A stretch of DNA of 45,232 bases from a virus (taxonomy: Duplodnaviria > Caudoviricetes): IMG/VR virus record IMGVR_UViG_3300049183_000031, positions 1 to 45,232 of that record; one strand, given 5' to 3'. This document shows, in pieces, positions 8,627 through 18,861 of the stretch; positions within the stretch are counted from its first letter, which is position 1, and each line of letters begins with the position of its first letter. Below the pieces are notes generated by a model. The model did no database searches, had not been told where the DNA came from, and saw only the letters and a program-made list of their open reading frames with translations. Made by a program: the position numbers and the translations under genes.

Positions 8627-9177
8627 GGGGCCTCCACTGGCAACCGACGGAACACAGAGCCGAGCAGCGTCAGTGCCAACCGCCAGCGTCTCCGCCGGGA
8701 GATGAACGGCCCGAAGATGAACCCGACTCCCTCGACCAGGGCGTCATGGGTGATCACGGGGCCTCCACTGGGTACTCGGCGTCTACTCGACGCTCCTGGA
8801 ACGGACACGTGCAGGGGCACTCCTCGTGGACCAGCCCACCGCAGTCCGAGATCGAGAGGTTCACGCAGCCCGGCCACGATAGGGACTGCGCGGCAGCCAT
8901 GCTCTCGCAGGCCAGGCTTCGCGGCGACATCAGCGATGGTCCCAGGCGGGCGCGGCGGCGTGCACCCACTCCATCACCTGTCGAGACCCAGGTCCTGCAC
9001 CTGCTGCGGATCGGCTGGACCGCCGACGCCAACGCCGAGCTCCGTGCGATCTTCGATGGCGTGGGCGACAAGAACCGCACTCGTCGCAGCGCCAGCCACG
9101 CCTAGGGATGGACCAGCCGCAGGTGGTGCAGTCGTGGAAGAAGCCGGCCGGGGTCAGGTCGAGGTCCTCGAAGCCGG

Positions 9178-9690
9178 TCATGGTGAATCCACCTCGGTGA
9201 TGCGCCAGCAGTCCTCTGTGCACTCCGCACACGAGCCCTTGCCGTCGTAGTGGGGGTAGCCGTGCTCGTCCAAGCGGTCGTCTAGATCTTCAACGCCCAC
9301 CGTGCTGAGCGCCCATAGCACCCACTTGCCCTTGGCGGTGAGCCACGAGTAGCCGATGCTGCTGCCATGCTCGATTAACTCGGCATGATCAAGGGACGAC
9401 AGCACGAAGTGGATGGCTGGCGGCGTGCCGATCAGCATCGTCAGTTTGCGGCCGGCCTGCTCCCAGTCGGGGCTGTCGAAGTGCTCCAGTAGGTCAAGGA
9501 GTAGCCGCCATGCCCCGCCTGGGTCTCCGCAGCCACACAATCCGAGGTGCTCCAGGAACACGAGGGTGAGGTGCTGGTAGACGTCGTCGTCCGCCGTCAC
9601 CGCAACGGGTTCAACTACCGGCGTGACAGCCGGCTCAAGCTGGCCCGGGGTCCAGATGCCACCCTTCAGGTTCCAGTCGGGCTCGGTCAT
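9178..9690 (-). CDS. hypothetical protein
   Basis: LGLCGCGDP...IEHGSSIGYSWLTAKG motif. Confidence 0.75.
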   Translation of the reverse strand: MTEPDWNLKGGIWTPGQLEPAVTPVVEPVAVTADDDVYQHLTLVFLEHLGLCGCGDPGGAWRLLLDLLEHFDSPDWEQAGRKLTMLIGTPPAIHFVLSSLDHAELIEHGSSIGYSWLTAKGKWVLWALSTVGVEDLDDRLDEHGYPHYDGKGSCAECTEDCWRITEVDSP

Positions 9691-10885
9691 GAGGACTCCG
9701 CGTCGACAATCTCGCCATAGCCCTGCCGCTCCAGCGCGAAGCGGAAGAACCCCACATCGCCGGCAACACGCACGCGACACGCGCGGTCCTCGGCACTCCA
9801 CGATCCCTCGATCACCTGCGCACCGCACATCGGCAACTGCTGGATGGTGGCGTCGAGGGCTTCGGCGTTGCCCGTGCGGACGGTCAGTTCCATGCGATCT
9901 CCTTGATCGGTGGCTGGTCAGGTGTCAGCATGTGGGGCCTCCCCGAACGGTGCCCGTGGATCTTGCGGGCCTTGCTGTTCCACCTCGTCGGCCACGGCTC
10001 GAAGGAGCGCCGCCAGTTCAACACCATGCCAGTCCCGGGTCAGGGTGGCGGCACCAAGTTCATAGGAGGCGAGGTCGTCGAGCACCGCCACCAGGCGGAC
10101 GTTCACGGTGCGGTCGGTCATGGCTCCCTCCATACGAGACCACGGTCGCCACAGGAGACCGGCGGGAACAGCTCAAGGACGTTCCGGCGCAGGATCTCCG
10201 CTGCCTGTTCGACGGTCAGGCCAGCCGAAGCCAGCACGTTCCCCGGGTGCTCGCTGTCCCAGTCGTCCAGGGTTAGCCAGTGGGTCACGGCTGACGCTCC
10301 CTCTGCCACCAGCTCAGACCGAGACGCTCACGGCGCTCCCGGCGGCGCTCCCGGAACCAGCTGTTGCCGCCGACGAGACCGAGCTGTCGCGGGTGGCAGT
10401 AGCGCACCTTCCAGACCGTTCCGCAGTCGCCGCACTCCCAGACGGTGCCCGCCGCGAGGGTTGAGACCGCTGGGACGTCCGATCCGGGAGGGTTTGGCCC
10501 GAAGGTCGTAATCTCCGGTTGGACGCAGCGGTGCGCCGGCGTCGGCACGTAGAGGAACTTGCCGTCGGTCATCTCCACCTCCAGAGTCTCTGCCACCACT
10601 GACGAACAGCCAGCCATCGTCGATAGCCAGGACGGTCATCGAATCGACCCCACACCCCATCGCTGGCCTGATGGACCTGCCGCCACAGTTCGGCGCGGCG
10701 CTCCTCGCCAGCGTCACCCCACTTGTCGCGCATCCGGTCTACGGCGTGCATCAGCCGGACCACCTCCGGCGGCAATGTGGCCAGTTCGATCGGCTCACCT
10801 TTGATCAACGCGACCTCCTCCATATCTGCTGCCACCACCGGAGTTTGTGGGTGGGTTTGCTAGGACCCTTCACAAGGAACGGCGG

Positions 10886-11470
10886 TCATCGGGTTCCCCT
10901 TGGGTTGATGCGCCGCGGTGCCCTCTGGCGACGTTGGGGGCCGGCGTTGCGGTTGCGGCGGGCCTCAAGGGCGCGCTGAAGGGGATCCGGGTCATCGGCT
11001 GTTTCGCTCTGGGCGGCTGGGAGCAGGCCCGTGTCAATCCAGTGATCAGACACCATTTGCAGCGACTCGCGGTACCTGGTTGCCACCTCTTCGTTCCGGA
11101 CGTGGATCTCGTCGGCCCACTCGACGGCGATGCTGGAGTTGTGCCACCGACCGCCGCGCGCGTCTGCGGCCACGCTGGACTGACCGTCAGATGCGGGGTT
11201 GGAGGTGTACAGCGCAATGCGCACGGCTCCGCCAGGCGGCGAGGTTTCCTCGGCCCAGCGGTTCAGCCAGTACCGCGCATAGGAGCTCACGGACGCTGGC
11301 TCGGGGCTGTGCTGCTCCATCTCCAGTGGCTCGCTGCGGGAGGCAAACCAAGCGCCTTGGCAGCCATCGGAACAGAACGAGTCCGACGGGGAGTTCCCGA
11401 GTGGTCCTTCGCACTGCTGACACCCGGTGGCGGCGTCGATAGCGGACAGAGTGGAGTCGAGGTCGGTCAC
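10886..11470 (-). CDS. Zn-finger hypothetical protein
   Basis: AIDAATGCQQCEGPLGNSPSDSFC. Confidence 0.7.
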   Translation of the reverse strand: MTDLDSTLSAIDAATGCQQCEGPLGNSPSDSFCSDGCQGAWFASRSEPLEMEQHSPEPASVSSYARYWLNRWAEETSPPGGAVRIALYTSNPASDGQSSVAADARGGRWHNSSIAVEWADEIHVRNEEVATRYRESLQMVSDHWIDTGLLPAAQSETADDPDPLQRALEARRNRNAGPQRRQRAPRRINPRGTR

Positions 11471-11688
11471 GGCCCGAATCTCCTCAGCAGTTTGAGGCCA
11501 AAGAAGCCCGCCGCCAGATACAGGACAACATTGAGAATCACGTGGATGGCGGTCACTGCGGCTTCTCCTGCTCCTTCGACGTATCCCCATGCTGGCAGTC
11601 ACACCACGTGCCGCCCGGGCACTCGTCGTGGGGTTGGTGACGGTCGGCGGCGTCACGGCAGGGACGGCAGATCACGGCTTCTCCTGCT

Positions 11689-12075
11689 CTACTCATCGGA
11701 GGGCTCCTCGGTGACGCCGAAGGCGCGGCCCAGATCGCGAAGCACCTCGTGGGCATATGCCGCTAGCTCCGAGTCATCCAGCCAGACCTCGCAGGTGCCG
11801 ACCAGCCGCCGGACTGCCCCCACCAGTTGGAGCACAGCCTGGGGGTCCCAGCGGGCGATGTGGTCAAACTGCGCGTCGGTGGTGACTCCCTCGTCCAGCA
11901 CGATCGTTCTGCCGTGGTCGACGAGATGCCCGAAGCGGGCATCGCGCTTCCACTCCCCACCTAGTCCGCGCGGCCCGGCAACAAGGTCGCCGGAGTTTTC
12001 GTCGCTAGCTTCTCGGGCTACCCGCTCTAGCTCGTCTAGGGTCTCCGACAAGCGGGAGACAAGATCACATGGCAT
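11689..12075 (-). CDS. DUF6221-like protein
   Basis: HIARWDPQAVL motif. Confidence 0.6.
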   Translation of the reverse strand: MPCDLVSRLSETLDELERVAREASDENSGDLVAGPRGLGGEWKRDARFGHLVDHGRTIVLDEGVTTDAQFDHIARWDPQAVLQLVGAVRRLVGTCEVWLDDSELAAYAHEVLRDLGRAFGVTEEPSDE

Positions 12076-12312
12076 CGGCGGTCTCCAAGCTGATTCCGAG
12101 CTCGAAGGCGATACCTTGCCGTGCCCTCTCTAGGGCCCGATTCCAAGCGCGCCGTTGAGCGTCATCGACCAGATGCCCCGTAGGACGCGCGAGGTCATAG
12201 CGGGGAACGTCCAGAACCGCTCGGAGGGCCTCGATGGTTTCGGCGTGACAGTCGGAGTCAACGCACGCATCGTGCTCGTCCAGCCAGGCCCTGATCTTCT
12301 GGTCCAGTGTGG

Positions 12313-13101
12313 TCACTTCGCCTCCAACTCCAACGCCGTGTCCCCCGCCAGGATCTGCTGCTCCAACCGCTGCAACTCCCGGCACGGACGCAACCCCTGC
12401 TCCTCGATCAGCGCCTGCCGCACCGTCCGGAACACCGCCAACGCCTCCACCTGCCGGCCCGAGCGGTACAGCGCGGTCATCAACAGTTGGGCGACATGTT
12501 CTGCGGTCCAGTCCTCCCGCAGCGCCGCGCGCAGCTCGTCCAGGATGTCCCGGTGACGGCCCTGCCGAAGGGCGATGCCCCAGCCCAGGGCTTGCGCGGT
12601 GCGGTACTTGTCCTCAACTCCCGCCGCCCAGCGGTACAGCACGGGACCTCGTTCCACATCCTCCAGCACGGGTCCCCGCCACAGTGACATCGCTGCCCTC
12701 AGGGTGTCCTGGGCGGCCAGAAGGTCAATGCGGGACTCGCACTCTGCCTGGTCCACGTAGGCGCCGAACCGGTGCGCGTCCACCATCATCGGGTCCACGG
12801 CGAAGGTGTAACCCATCGGACGTCGGGGGATGGTTTCGTGACCGAAACTCTTCCGGAGCCAGCGCACATAGGTCTCAACACTCGCCCTCGGTTTCCTGAT
12901 CTCCAACCCCGGCCACAACTCCTCGATCAGGGTCCGCATCGTGACTTGCTGCCCGGCCCGGGAGGCAAGGAGGGCGAGGAGTTGCCGCTGCTTGGTTGCC
13001 GTCGGCGTTTTCCCGAAGGTGAACTCCATCGTCCCGAACAGGCGGACAGACGGCGCGCCCAATGCGTAGTCGGGGGCTACGGTGATCGGCTGGGCGGTCA
13101 T
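12313..13101 (-). CDS. SARP (AfsR/ActII-ORF4 family) transcriptional regulator: OmpR-type wHTH plus BTAD
   Basis: KQRQLLALLA...LIEELWP...YVRWLRK...GY...VDAHRF...SLWRGPVL...LMTALYRSGRQVEALAVF...EQGLRP..ELQRLEQQIL. Confidence 0.93.
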   Translation of the reverse strand: MTAQPITVAPDYALGAPSVRLFGTMEFTFGKTPTATKQRQLLALLASRAGQQVTMRTLIEELWPGLEIRKPRASVETYVRWLRKSFGHETIPRRPMGYTFAVDPMMVDAHRFGAYVDQAECESRIDLLAAQDTLRAAMSLWRGPVLEDVERGPVLYRWAAGVEDKYRTAQALGWGIALRQGRHRDILDELRAALREDWTAEHVAQLLMTALYRSGRQVEALAVFRTVRQALIEEQGLRPCRELQRLEQQILAGDTALELEAK

Positions 13102-14146
13102 GGCCTCGGCTCCCCGTGTCGAGCCCTCCACTCGGCGAGCCACCGCGATCCAGCATCACCGAGCTGAACAGTGCCGGGCTCGCGGTAAACGCCGATCAGT
13201 TCGTGCTCCCATAACCAGTTGCAGGTACGTGCCATCTGCGCCCGGGTTGAGGCGTAGCAGGTGATGAATCCCCAGGTGTGGTCGTCGTTGATGCGGACCA
13301 GCCCCCGCTCTACGGCCGCCAGCATCTTGTGTCTCAGTGGGGTGTAGTTCAGGCTCACGACCCCTCCCTCACCATCTCGGCCAACAGGTGGATGTACGGG
13401 CCCGGGTTGTACGGCATCAACCCGGCGCGGTGCTCATCCCCCAAAGCGTCGAGAACGGCGGCGACCACGGCGCGTGGTCCGTTGGTGGTCTCCCGCTCGG
13501 CTGCGTCGACCAGTTGGCGGGCGAGGCTCTCGGTGTGGGTCATCTGCCCTCCCGGATCTGAGCTACCAACGCGCGGCACATCTCAGGAACGTCTGCTCCG
13601 TAGTCCTCGATCGCCGCTCCGGCCGAGGCCAGCTTCTCCAGGACAGCGAGCGCCGCCGCGCGAGCCTCATTCGCCCAGTCATCCGGCGACGATAGGAAGT
13701 CCAGGTTGTCGCCGTGCCACTTCGACCGCACGGCTTCGTCGATCGCTTCGGCTGCTGCGTCTACGAGGGACCGGGCAAGAGAGTCACGGTCGCGCAGTTC
13801 GTCGGTGGTGGCCATGATCAATCCCCGTCCCAGTCGCGCTCGTCGATCACCTTGAGTTCCGACCGCAGCCGGTCCCTGTGCCCGACCAACTCGTTGATTA
13901 CCGCTTCGAGTTCGGCCAGCGTTGTCTCGGTCGCCGAACGGACCTCGTCCATCACCGTCTCAGCGGGGTAGACGTAGCCGCCAGCCATACCCGAGACCGT
14001 CAACGTGTACCGATTCACTTCCACGCAGACCGCGTTCAACCCGTTGCTATGGAACGGCTCCGTTGCCGTAACTCCGATGTGCCGTTCGGCGGTGCGGCAA
14101 GCCAGCGGCGCCCGGCTGTCGTACTGGTAGACCCCAGTACCGATCA

Positions 14147-14440
14147 TCACTGCGCCTCCCCGCGAAGCTCGGCGGCGCGGCGATACAACTCGGTCCCTGC
14201 GACCTCGAGCCCGTCACGCCGACCGTTGGCGTAGATGCTGCCGCCAATCCCGGCCTCTTTCGCCTTCCCGTCCATGACCTCAATCAGCCGGTCAAGCTCG
14301 GCGGCCAGGATCAGCGGCGCGACCTCCGCTATCACCTCGGCTGCGATGTGCGCCGCAGCCTCCCGGTCGGACGGGTAGCGTCCCGCGATCTCGTCCGCTT
14401 TGTCGTACGCCAACTGCGGGATGGCCAGCTCGGTCGTCAT
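14147..14440 (-). CDS. hypothetical protein, paralog of 41381-41641
   Basis: Near-identical first 49 aa. Confidence 0.8.
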   Translation of the reverse strand: MTTELAIPQLAYDKADEIAGRYPSDREAAAHIAAEVIAEVAPLILAAELDRLIEVMDGKAKEAGIGGSIYANGRRDGLEVAGTELYRRAAELRGEAQ

Positions 14441-14649
14441 GTCCCTGCCTCCTCAGCGGTTCCAGCCGAGATCGGCTTGTCGTCGCTCGATTTCGTCGAT
14501 CGCGTTCTGCAGCTGCTCGCGGGCCGTGCGCACGTCCAGCGTGATCACGCCGCTCTTGTTCGAGACGGTCACTGTTCCGTCGCCGTCCCAGCTCTCGAAG
14601 TTCACCTCGACCTGAAGGTCGTCCCGACCCATGTCCCTGCCTCCTCAGC
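14438..14649. repeat. 20-bp junction repeat GCTGAGGAGGCAGGGACATG (14438-14457, 14630-14649; inverted copy 41364-41383)
   Basis: Three exact copies spanning stop, RBS and ATG. Confidence 0.92.
14453..14632 (-). CDS. small hypothetical protein (59 aa) between the 20-bp repeats
   Basis: MGRDDLQVEVNFESWDGDGTVTVSNKSG... Confidence 0.7.
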   Translation of the reverse strand: MGRDDLQVEVNFESWDGDGTVTVSNKSGVITLDVRTAREQLQNAIDEIERRQADLGWNR

Positions 14650-15152
14650 CCTCGACCGGACGGATCAAGGTGACCTCGTGGGTCGATGTTGACCGAGTAC
14701 GGCCTGTCTCGTTCTTCACCGAGAGGCCCGTTGTGGCACCCTTGCCGACGATCGTCCACTCGACCTTGCCGCTGCCGATGCGGACCACGTCACCGACGCG
14801 ATACTGGTGGACGGGATTTTCATAGCCGAGTGTCATTGCCCCTGCCTCCATCGCAGATCAGCGGTCAGTACCCCAACTCAGAACGGGGGCTCGTCGGCGT
14901 ACTTGCTAACGCCTGCGCGGCGCCGGAACCGCCATTCTCGGTACCGCCACTTCGAGCGGGACCACCACGCTTCCAGGCGGGTGGGTCGACAGGAGCGGCA
15001 CCGCCGGCCACCGTCCAGATAGATCGCGCCGGAGTCGTTGCAGGCGCCGCAGTCCGGCTCCTCCTTGGCGTGCTGGTCTGGCATGTCGTCGTACCAGTCG
15101 TCGTCGTCCCAATCGAAGTCTGCTGCGGTCATCGCTCCGCCTCCCTCCAGAG

Positions 15153-15422
15153 TCAGTCCAGCGCCAGGGTGTACCGGGGGTCACTCTTGCGATACCAGCA
15201 GCGGGAGAATCTGGGGCGCTCGTAGTCGTCGGTGTAGGCGTCCACCGCATCGATCTCCCGCTTCGTCTGACGGATGGCCCCTTCGACCGTGCGAAGGTCT
15301 GCCGAACTCTGGGGGCCGTAGTGCCAGACCTGGGTGCCGTTGATGCGGACCAGTACGCCAGCGAATCCGTCCTTGCGGCGCGCGATAGCGGTGATCCGGC
15401 GCCCCTCGTAAGTCTCGACCAT
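15153..15422 (-). CDS. hypothetical protein, leaderless first gene of a sub-operon
   Basis: TTGCGG-17-TAGGAT then 7 nt to ATG 15422. Confidence 0.7.
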   Translation of the reverse strand: MVETYEGRRITAIARRKDGFAGVLVRINGTQVWHYGPQSSADLRTVEGAIRQTKREIDAVDAYTDDYERPRFSRCWYRKSDPRYTLALD

Positions 15423-15429
15423 GCTGGTC

Positions 15430-15497
15430 ATCCTACCAAGGTGGGTACCCACCCGCAAGCGCTTCTCTGGCGAAACTGGGTACCCACCCGATAGGCT
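15430..15497. promoter_or_regulatory. divergent promoters with palindromic operators
   Basis: TGGGTACCCACCCG at 15442-15455 and 15477-15490; perfect palindrome 15440-15453; -10 boxes TAGGAT (minus) and TAGGCT (plus). Confidence 0.75.
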
Positions 15498-15503
15498 TGT
15501 CCG

Positions 15504-15749
15504 GTGCCCACCGACGGCAAGCCGAAGCTCACCGTTCACATGGACGGCACCATGCGAGACGACCTGGTCGCCGCAGCTCCACCCGCTGAGCGCGGCCGGG
15601 AGAGCGGCGCCGCGAAGGTCATCCGCGAGTTCGTCGCCTGGTACCTGCACTACCCCGGCGCCAAGCTGCCGAAGCGTCCGCCTGTCGCCGCATGGAAGGG
15701 CCGACAGGCCAAAGGGGATCACGACGCAGCCTCCCGGGAGAGCAAGTAG
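15504..15749 (+). CDS. ribbon-helix-helix-type DNA-binding protein
   Basis: KLTVHMD beta strand, ...AKVIREFVAWYLHYPGAKLPKRP. Confidence 0.7.
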   Translation: MPTDGKPKLTVHMDGTMRDDLVAAAPPAERGRESGAAKVIREFVAWYLHYPGAKLPKRPPVAAWKGRQAKGDHDAASRESK

Positions 15750-16469
15750 TGCCTTGGCTTCCACCCCTTAGACCACCAGCCGTGGTGCGGTGGATGACCA
15801 CGTAGCTCCCGGTCCACCTCTTCGGGACACGGCGTGTCACTCCAAACGCCCCCGATATGTCCCGATGCAACGCACCAATGCAGCCCACTTAGGCCAATCC
15901 CTCCGGGCTGGTGCGCCAGCGCCGCGATGCACCTGATGAGAGCGCCGGTGACCTCATCGAGTCGCTTCCGCGCGGGGCCTGAATCGTCGTCAGGGCCGTA
16001 CAGAAGGAGGTCGCCCCGTGTCCCGATCAGTATCTCGGGGTCCGCACTCTCCAATGCGCCCAGGTGGTCGGTGCCAACGTCGTGGATCGCCTTGATCACC
16101 CCCGCCCGCAGCACCTCGAACGGAACGCGGAGCGTCCAAGCGCCTCCTTGCATTGATGGAATCTGCGGTATGGGCGCAAGGCACCGGTCGTATAGGTCTC
16201 CATAGGACATCGGCGGAGATTGACGCGTCCATGGGTCAATCACGACGGCTCCTCGGGCATCAGCCGGTAGCCAGCAGTCAACGCCCGCTTAGCGTGAACT
16301 CGGGCCACCCTCTGTCGGCAGTCCCGGTCCCACTGCTGCCCGAGGTTCTGCGCGGTGGCGCACGGCTCGAACGCCACTGGGTCCAGGATTCGCGCCAGAG
16401 CCTCCACGGCGGCCTCTCCGGTGCCTACGGGCCCGCTGGCGGCCGCGCTGGGCCGGCGCTCGGGGTAGT

Positions 16470-16877
16470 TCATGCTCCACCGTCCAGCGCCGCCTGCAAG
16501 GTCGGCCAGTCTGGGTAGTGCTCCACCTGAGGCAGGGTGTGGAAGACGTGCTCCCGAGATCCGACGATGATCAGCCGCTTGTCCGATGCCACACCGATCC
16601 CAAATTCAGTGTGCCGACCTCCCTTACCTCCGCCACCCGTGAACGAGATCACCCAGTCGGCGGCGAGTACGTCAGCGGCGTCGTCCAGCGCATGGCCGCT
16701 GCACACCCAGGGCGTCTCGTTGAGCGTCTCCGCCGTCCACGACTGACCGAAAGACCCGCTGTCCCCGTGGCAGTCGATCCACCGTGAGGTGACCTTGTGG
16801 CCCCGCTCCTCCAGCCAGTCCCGCACCTCCCGCATCTCGGGGTGGCGGGAGTACCTCGCGGCCAAGTAGATCTTCAT
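16470..16877 (-). CDS. nucleoside 2-deoxyribosyltransferase-like protein
   Basis: MKIYLAA...D..DV.AAD...GRHTEFG. Confidence 0.7.
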   Translation of the reverse strand: MKIYLAARYSRHPEMREVRDWLEERGHKVTSRWIDCHGDSGSFGQSWTAETLNETPWVCSGHALDDAADVLAADWVISFTGGGGKGGRHTEFGIGVASDKRLIIVGSREHVFHTLPQVEHYPDWPTLQAALDGGA

Positions 16878-17146
16878 GCGCTCTTCTCCAACCAACCGGA
16901 CAACAGGGCCTGCGCTGCTTTCTCCCGGGCCTCACCGGACCGCACCAGCTCTGCTGCCGCGGCCGGTTTGAAGCCCGCCTTCACCAGCCGGGCCATCCAC
17001 GCCACCATCTGGCACTGCACCCACGAGAAGTCCCGAGCGTGTCCTGTTCCTTCACCGCCGGTTGGGGTGACGTAGCCGGCGCGAACCCAGAAGTCCAACT
17101 GTCGGTAGGTGATGCCCGCGTGCTTGGCGAGTTCCGGGCCGGTCAC
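16874..17146 (-). CDS. MerR-type HTH regulator
   Basis: AGITYRQLDFWVRAGYVTP...GTG..R.FS. Confidence 0.8.
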   Translation of the reverse strand: MTGPELAKHAGITYRQLDFWVRAGYVTPTGGEGTGHARDFSWVQCQMVAWMARLVKAGFKPAAAAELVRSGEAREKAAQALLSGWLEKSA

Positions 17147-17610
17147 GATGCCTCCTTCACCAGTCGGCGCAGCAGGATGTTCCGAACCTGCGTGACGGAC
17201 AGGCCGAACCGCTCGGCGATCACCACGACGTCGGTACCCTCGGCAGCCATAGCCCGGACCTGGGCGCCTCGCTGCTCGAAGAACCGCTGCGGACGGGTGG
17301 GCGAAGCCGGCTTCAGCTTCCGTCGCTCCAGTTCTGAAAGCCCGCCCCAAACACCGAAGCGAATGCCGTTTTCGAGGGCGTACTCGAGGCACTCGTCGCG
17401 CACCTCGCAGCCCTGGCAGATCCGCTTGGCCTCGCGGGTGGAGCCACCCTTCTCCGGGAAGAACGCCTCGGGGTCGGTTTGGGCGCACAGCCCGTCCCGC
17501 ATCCATTCCTCCTCGGCCGACACCAGGAGTTCCAGCAGCACGCCGAAGTTCCCTCGTCCTACTCGGACTGAGCCGATGGAGCCGTGAAACTGTGGGCGAC
17601 GCTGGGTCAT
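17143..17610 (-). CDS. whiB: WhiB-family regulator with C-terminal HTH extension
   Basis: LCAQTDPEAFFPEKGGSTREAKRICQGCEVRDECLEYAL...GVWGGLSE. Confidence 0.93.
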   Translation of the reverse strand: MTQRRPQFHGSIGSVRVGRGNFGVLLELLVSAEEEWMRDGLCAQTDPEAFFPEKGGSTREAKRICQGCEVRDECLEYALENGIRFGVWGGLSELERRKLKPASPTRPQRFFEQRGAQVRAMAAEGTDVVVIAERFGLSVTQVRNILLRRLVKEAS

Positions 17611-18296
17611 GATGCCTCCCTATCCGGATCGCTGAGATCCATCCACGACGGCTGCAGATGGCGCCGACGGTCGCCACCCTTGAGGACTACGCGGTGCGCC
17701 ATCTCGGTCAGCCGGGACGCCACCCGCTCGCCCAGTTCGGCGGCGAGCTCCTTTGGCGGGATATTCGACGTGATCAAGGTCGGCATCTCGTTCTGGTATC
17801 GGTGGTTGATCAGCCGGTAGTTGATTTCCTCTGTGAACTCCGACCCCTTCGCCGCCCCGAGATCATCGACGATCAGCACGCGGGCCTTCTGGTAGCGCTC
17901 GAACTCCTCCTCGGAGTCCACGCGATGCCGGGGCCGGAGCCGGGCGTACATGTCGGCCGCGGTTGTGATCACCCAGTTGCAGGAGGCTCCCGACTCGGCG
18001 AATGCCCGGATCGCGCCGTACGCCTGGTGTGTCTTCCCGGTGCCCGTGGGCCCGAGCAGCAGCAGCGACGGCCCGTGCGTGACCGCCACCGTGATCAGGT
18101 TGCTCGCTTGCACCGCGTCGCGGATCACCCGCTGAACCCAGGCGACGATCTCCTCGCTGGACACCCGTGCGAACGCGTAATGCACCGGGAACTCCTTCAG
18201 GCGACGCTCCGCCGACTCGCGGTTCTCCCGAATCCAATGCGGATCGAAGTCCAAGTTCGGGTAGTCGCGCTCGAGGAGCACCAGGGGTTCGGTCAT
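17607..18296 (-). CDS. DnaC/IstB-like AAA+ helicase loader
   Basis: GPTGTGKT, LIVDDLG, INHRY...PTLITSN...RVASRL. Confidence 0.9.
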   Translation of the reverse strand: MTEPLVLLERDYPNLDFDPHWIRENRESAERRLKEFPVHYAFARVSSEEIVAWVQRVIRDAVQASNLITVAVTHGPSLLLLGPTGTGKTHQAYGAIRAFAESGASCNWVITTAADMYARLRPRHRVDSEEEFERYQKARVLIVDDLGAAKGSEFTEEINYRLINHRYQNEMPTLITSNIPPKELAAELGERVASRLTEMAHRVVLKGGDRRRHLQPSWMDLSDPDREAS

Positions 18297-18531
18297 GATG
18301 CAACTCCTGTAGCGGTGGTCCGTGCGCGATAAACCCGGAACGGCGGCATCGGTCGCGGCGCGTTGCAGGCCTGGCAGATCTTGAGCACCCACGGTCGAGG
18401 GCCCTGGTTGACCTCGTCGTCGGGGAACGCAACGCATCGCACATACAGCTCGCCGCGTTCGATGACTGCGCGGCATCGGTAGCCCTGGCAGGGAACCTGC
18501 TTTCGGGCGCGGATGGTATGGGCGGTGGTGG

Positions 18532-18861
18532 TCATGCTGACACCTGGTCCGTGGTCTGAGGCCCAATCGGGTACATGGGCTGGCCAGCGGCGAGTTGCTG
18601 CCGCCACTCGTGCAGCATCTCCCCCGCGTAGCCGTCCTCGAAGATCCCGCCTTCGGCGAGCATCCACGGCACCAGCTGATCGGCGAGCGTCTGGTCGAGT
18701 CGGCGGAGGTGTTCGAGCAGGACCGCGCTGGTGACGTGGTGGATGAACAGGTTGACGGCTACGCGTCGTCCGGTGGGGGTGCCGGTCGGATCGACGGTGA
18801 GTTCGAAGCAGCCTTGGGCGCGGTTGAGGGTGTCGGCGATGTGGTCCTGAGCGGTGGTCAC
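18532..18861 (-). CDS. hypothetical protein, paralog of 42486-42809
   Basis: DHIA.TL.RAQ...AVLLEH.RRLD..LADQLVPW. Confidence 0.75.
   Translation of the reverse strand: MTTAQDHIADTLNRAQGCFELTVDPTGTPTGRRVAVNLFIHHVTSAVLLEHLRRLDQTLADQLVPWMLAEGGIFEDGYAGEMLHEWRQQLAAGQPMYPIGPQTTDQVSA

Noticed and set aside
10847-12133. Long plus-strand ORFs (428 aa here; also 34869-36032, 29481-30425, 23903-24799)
   Set aside because: Antisense shadows of well-supported minus-strand genes in high-GC DNA.
17607-18296. IstB of an IS21 element
   Set aside because: No IstA or terminal inverted repeats; it sits downstream of a replication initiator, so it is a helicase loader.
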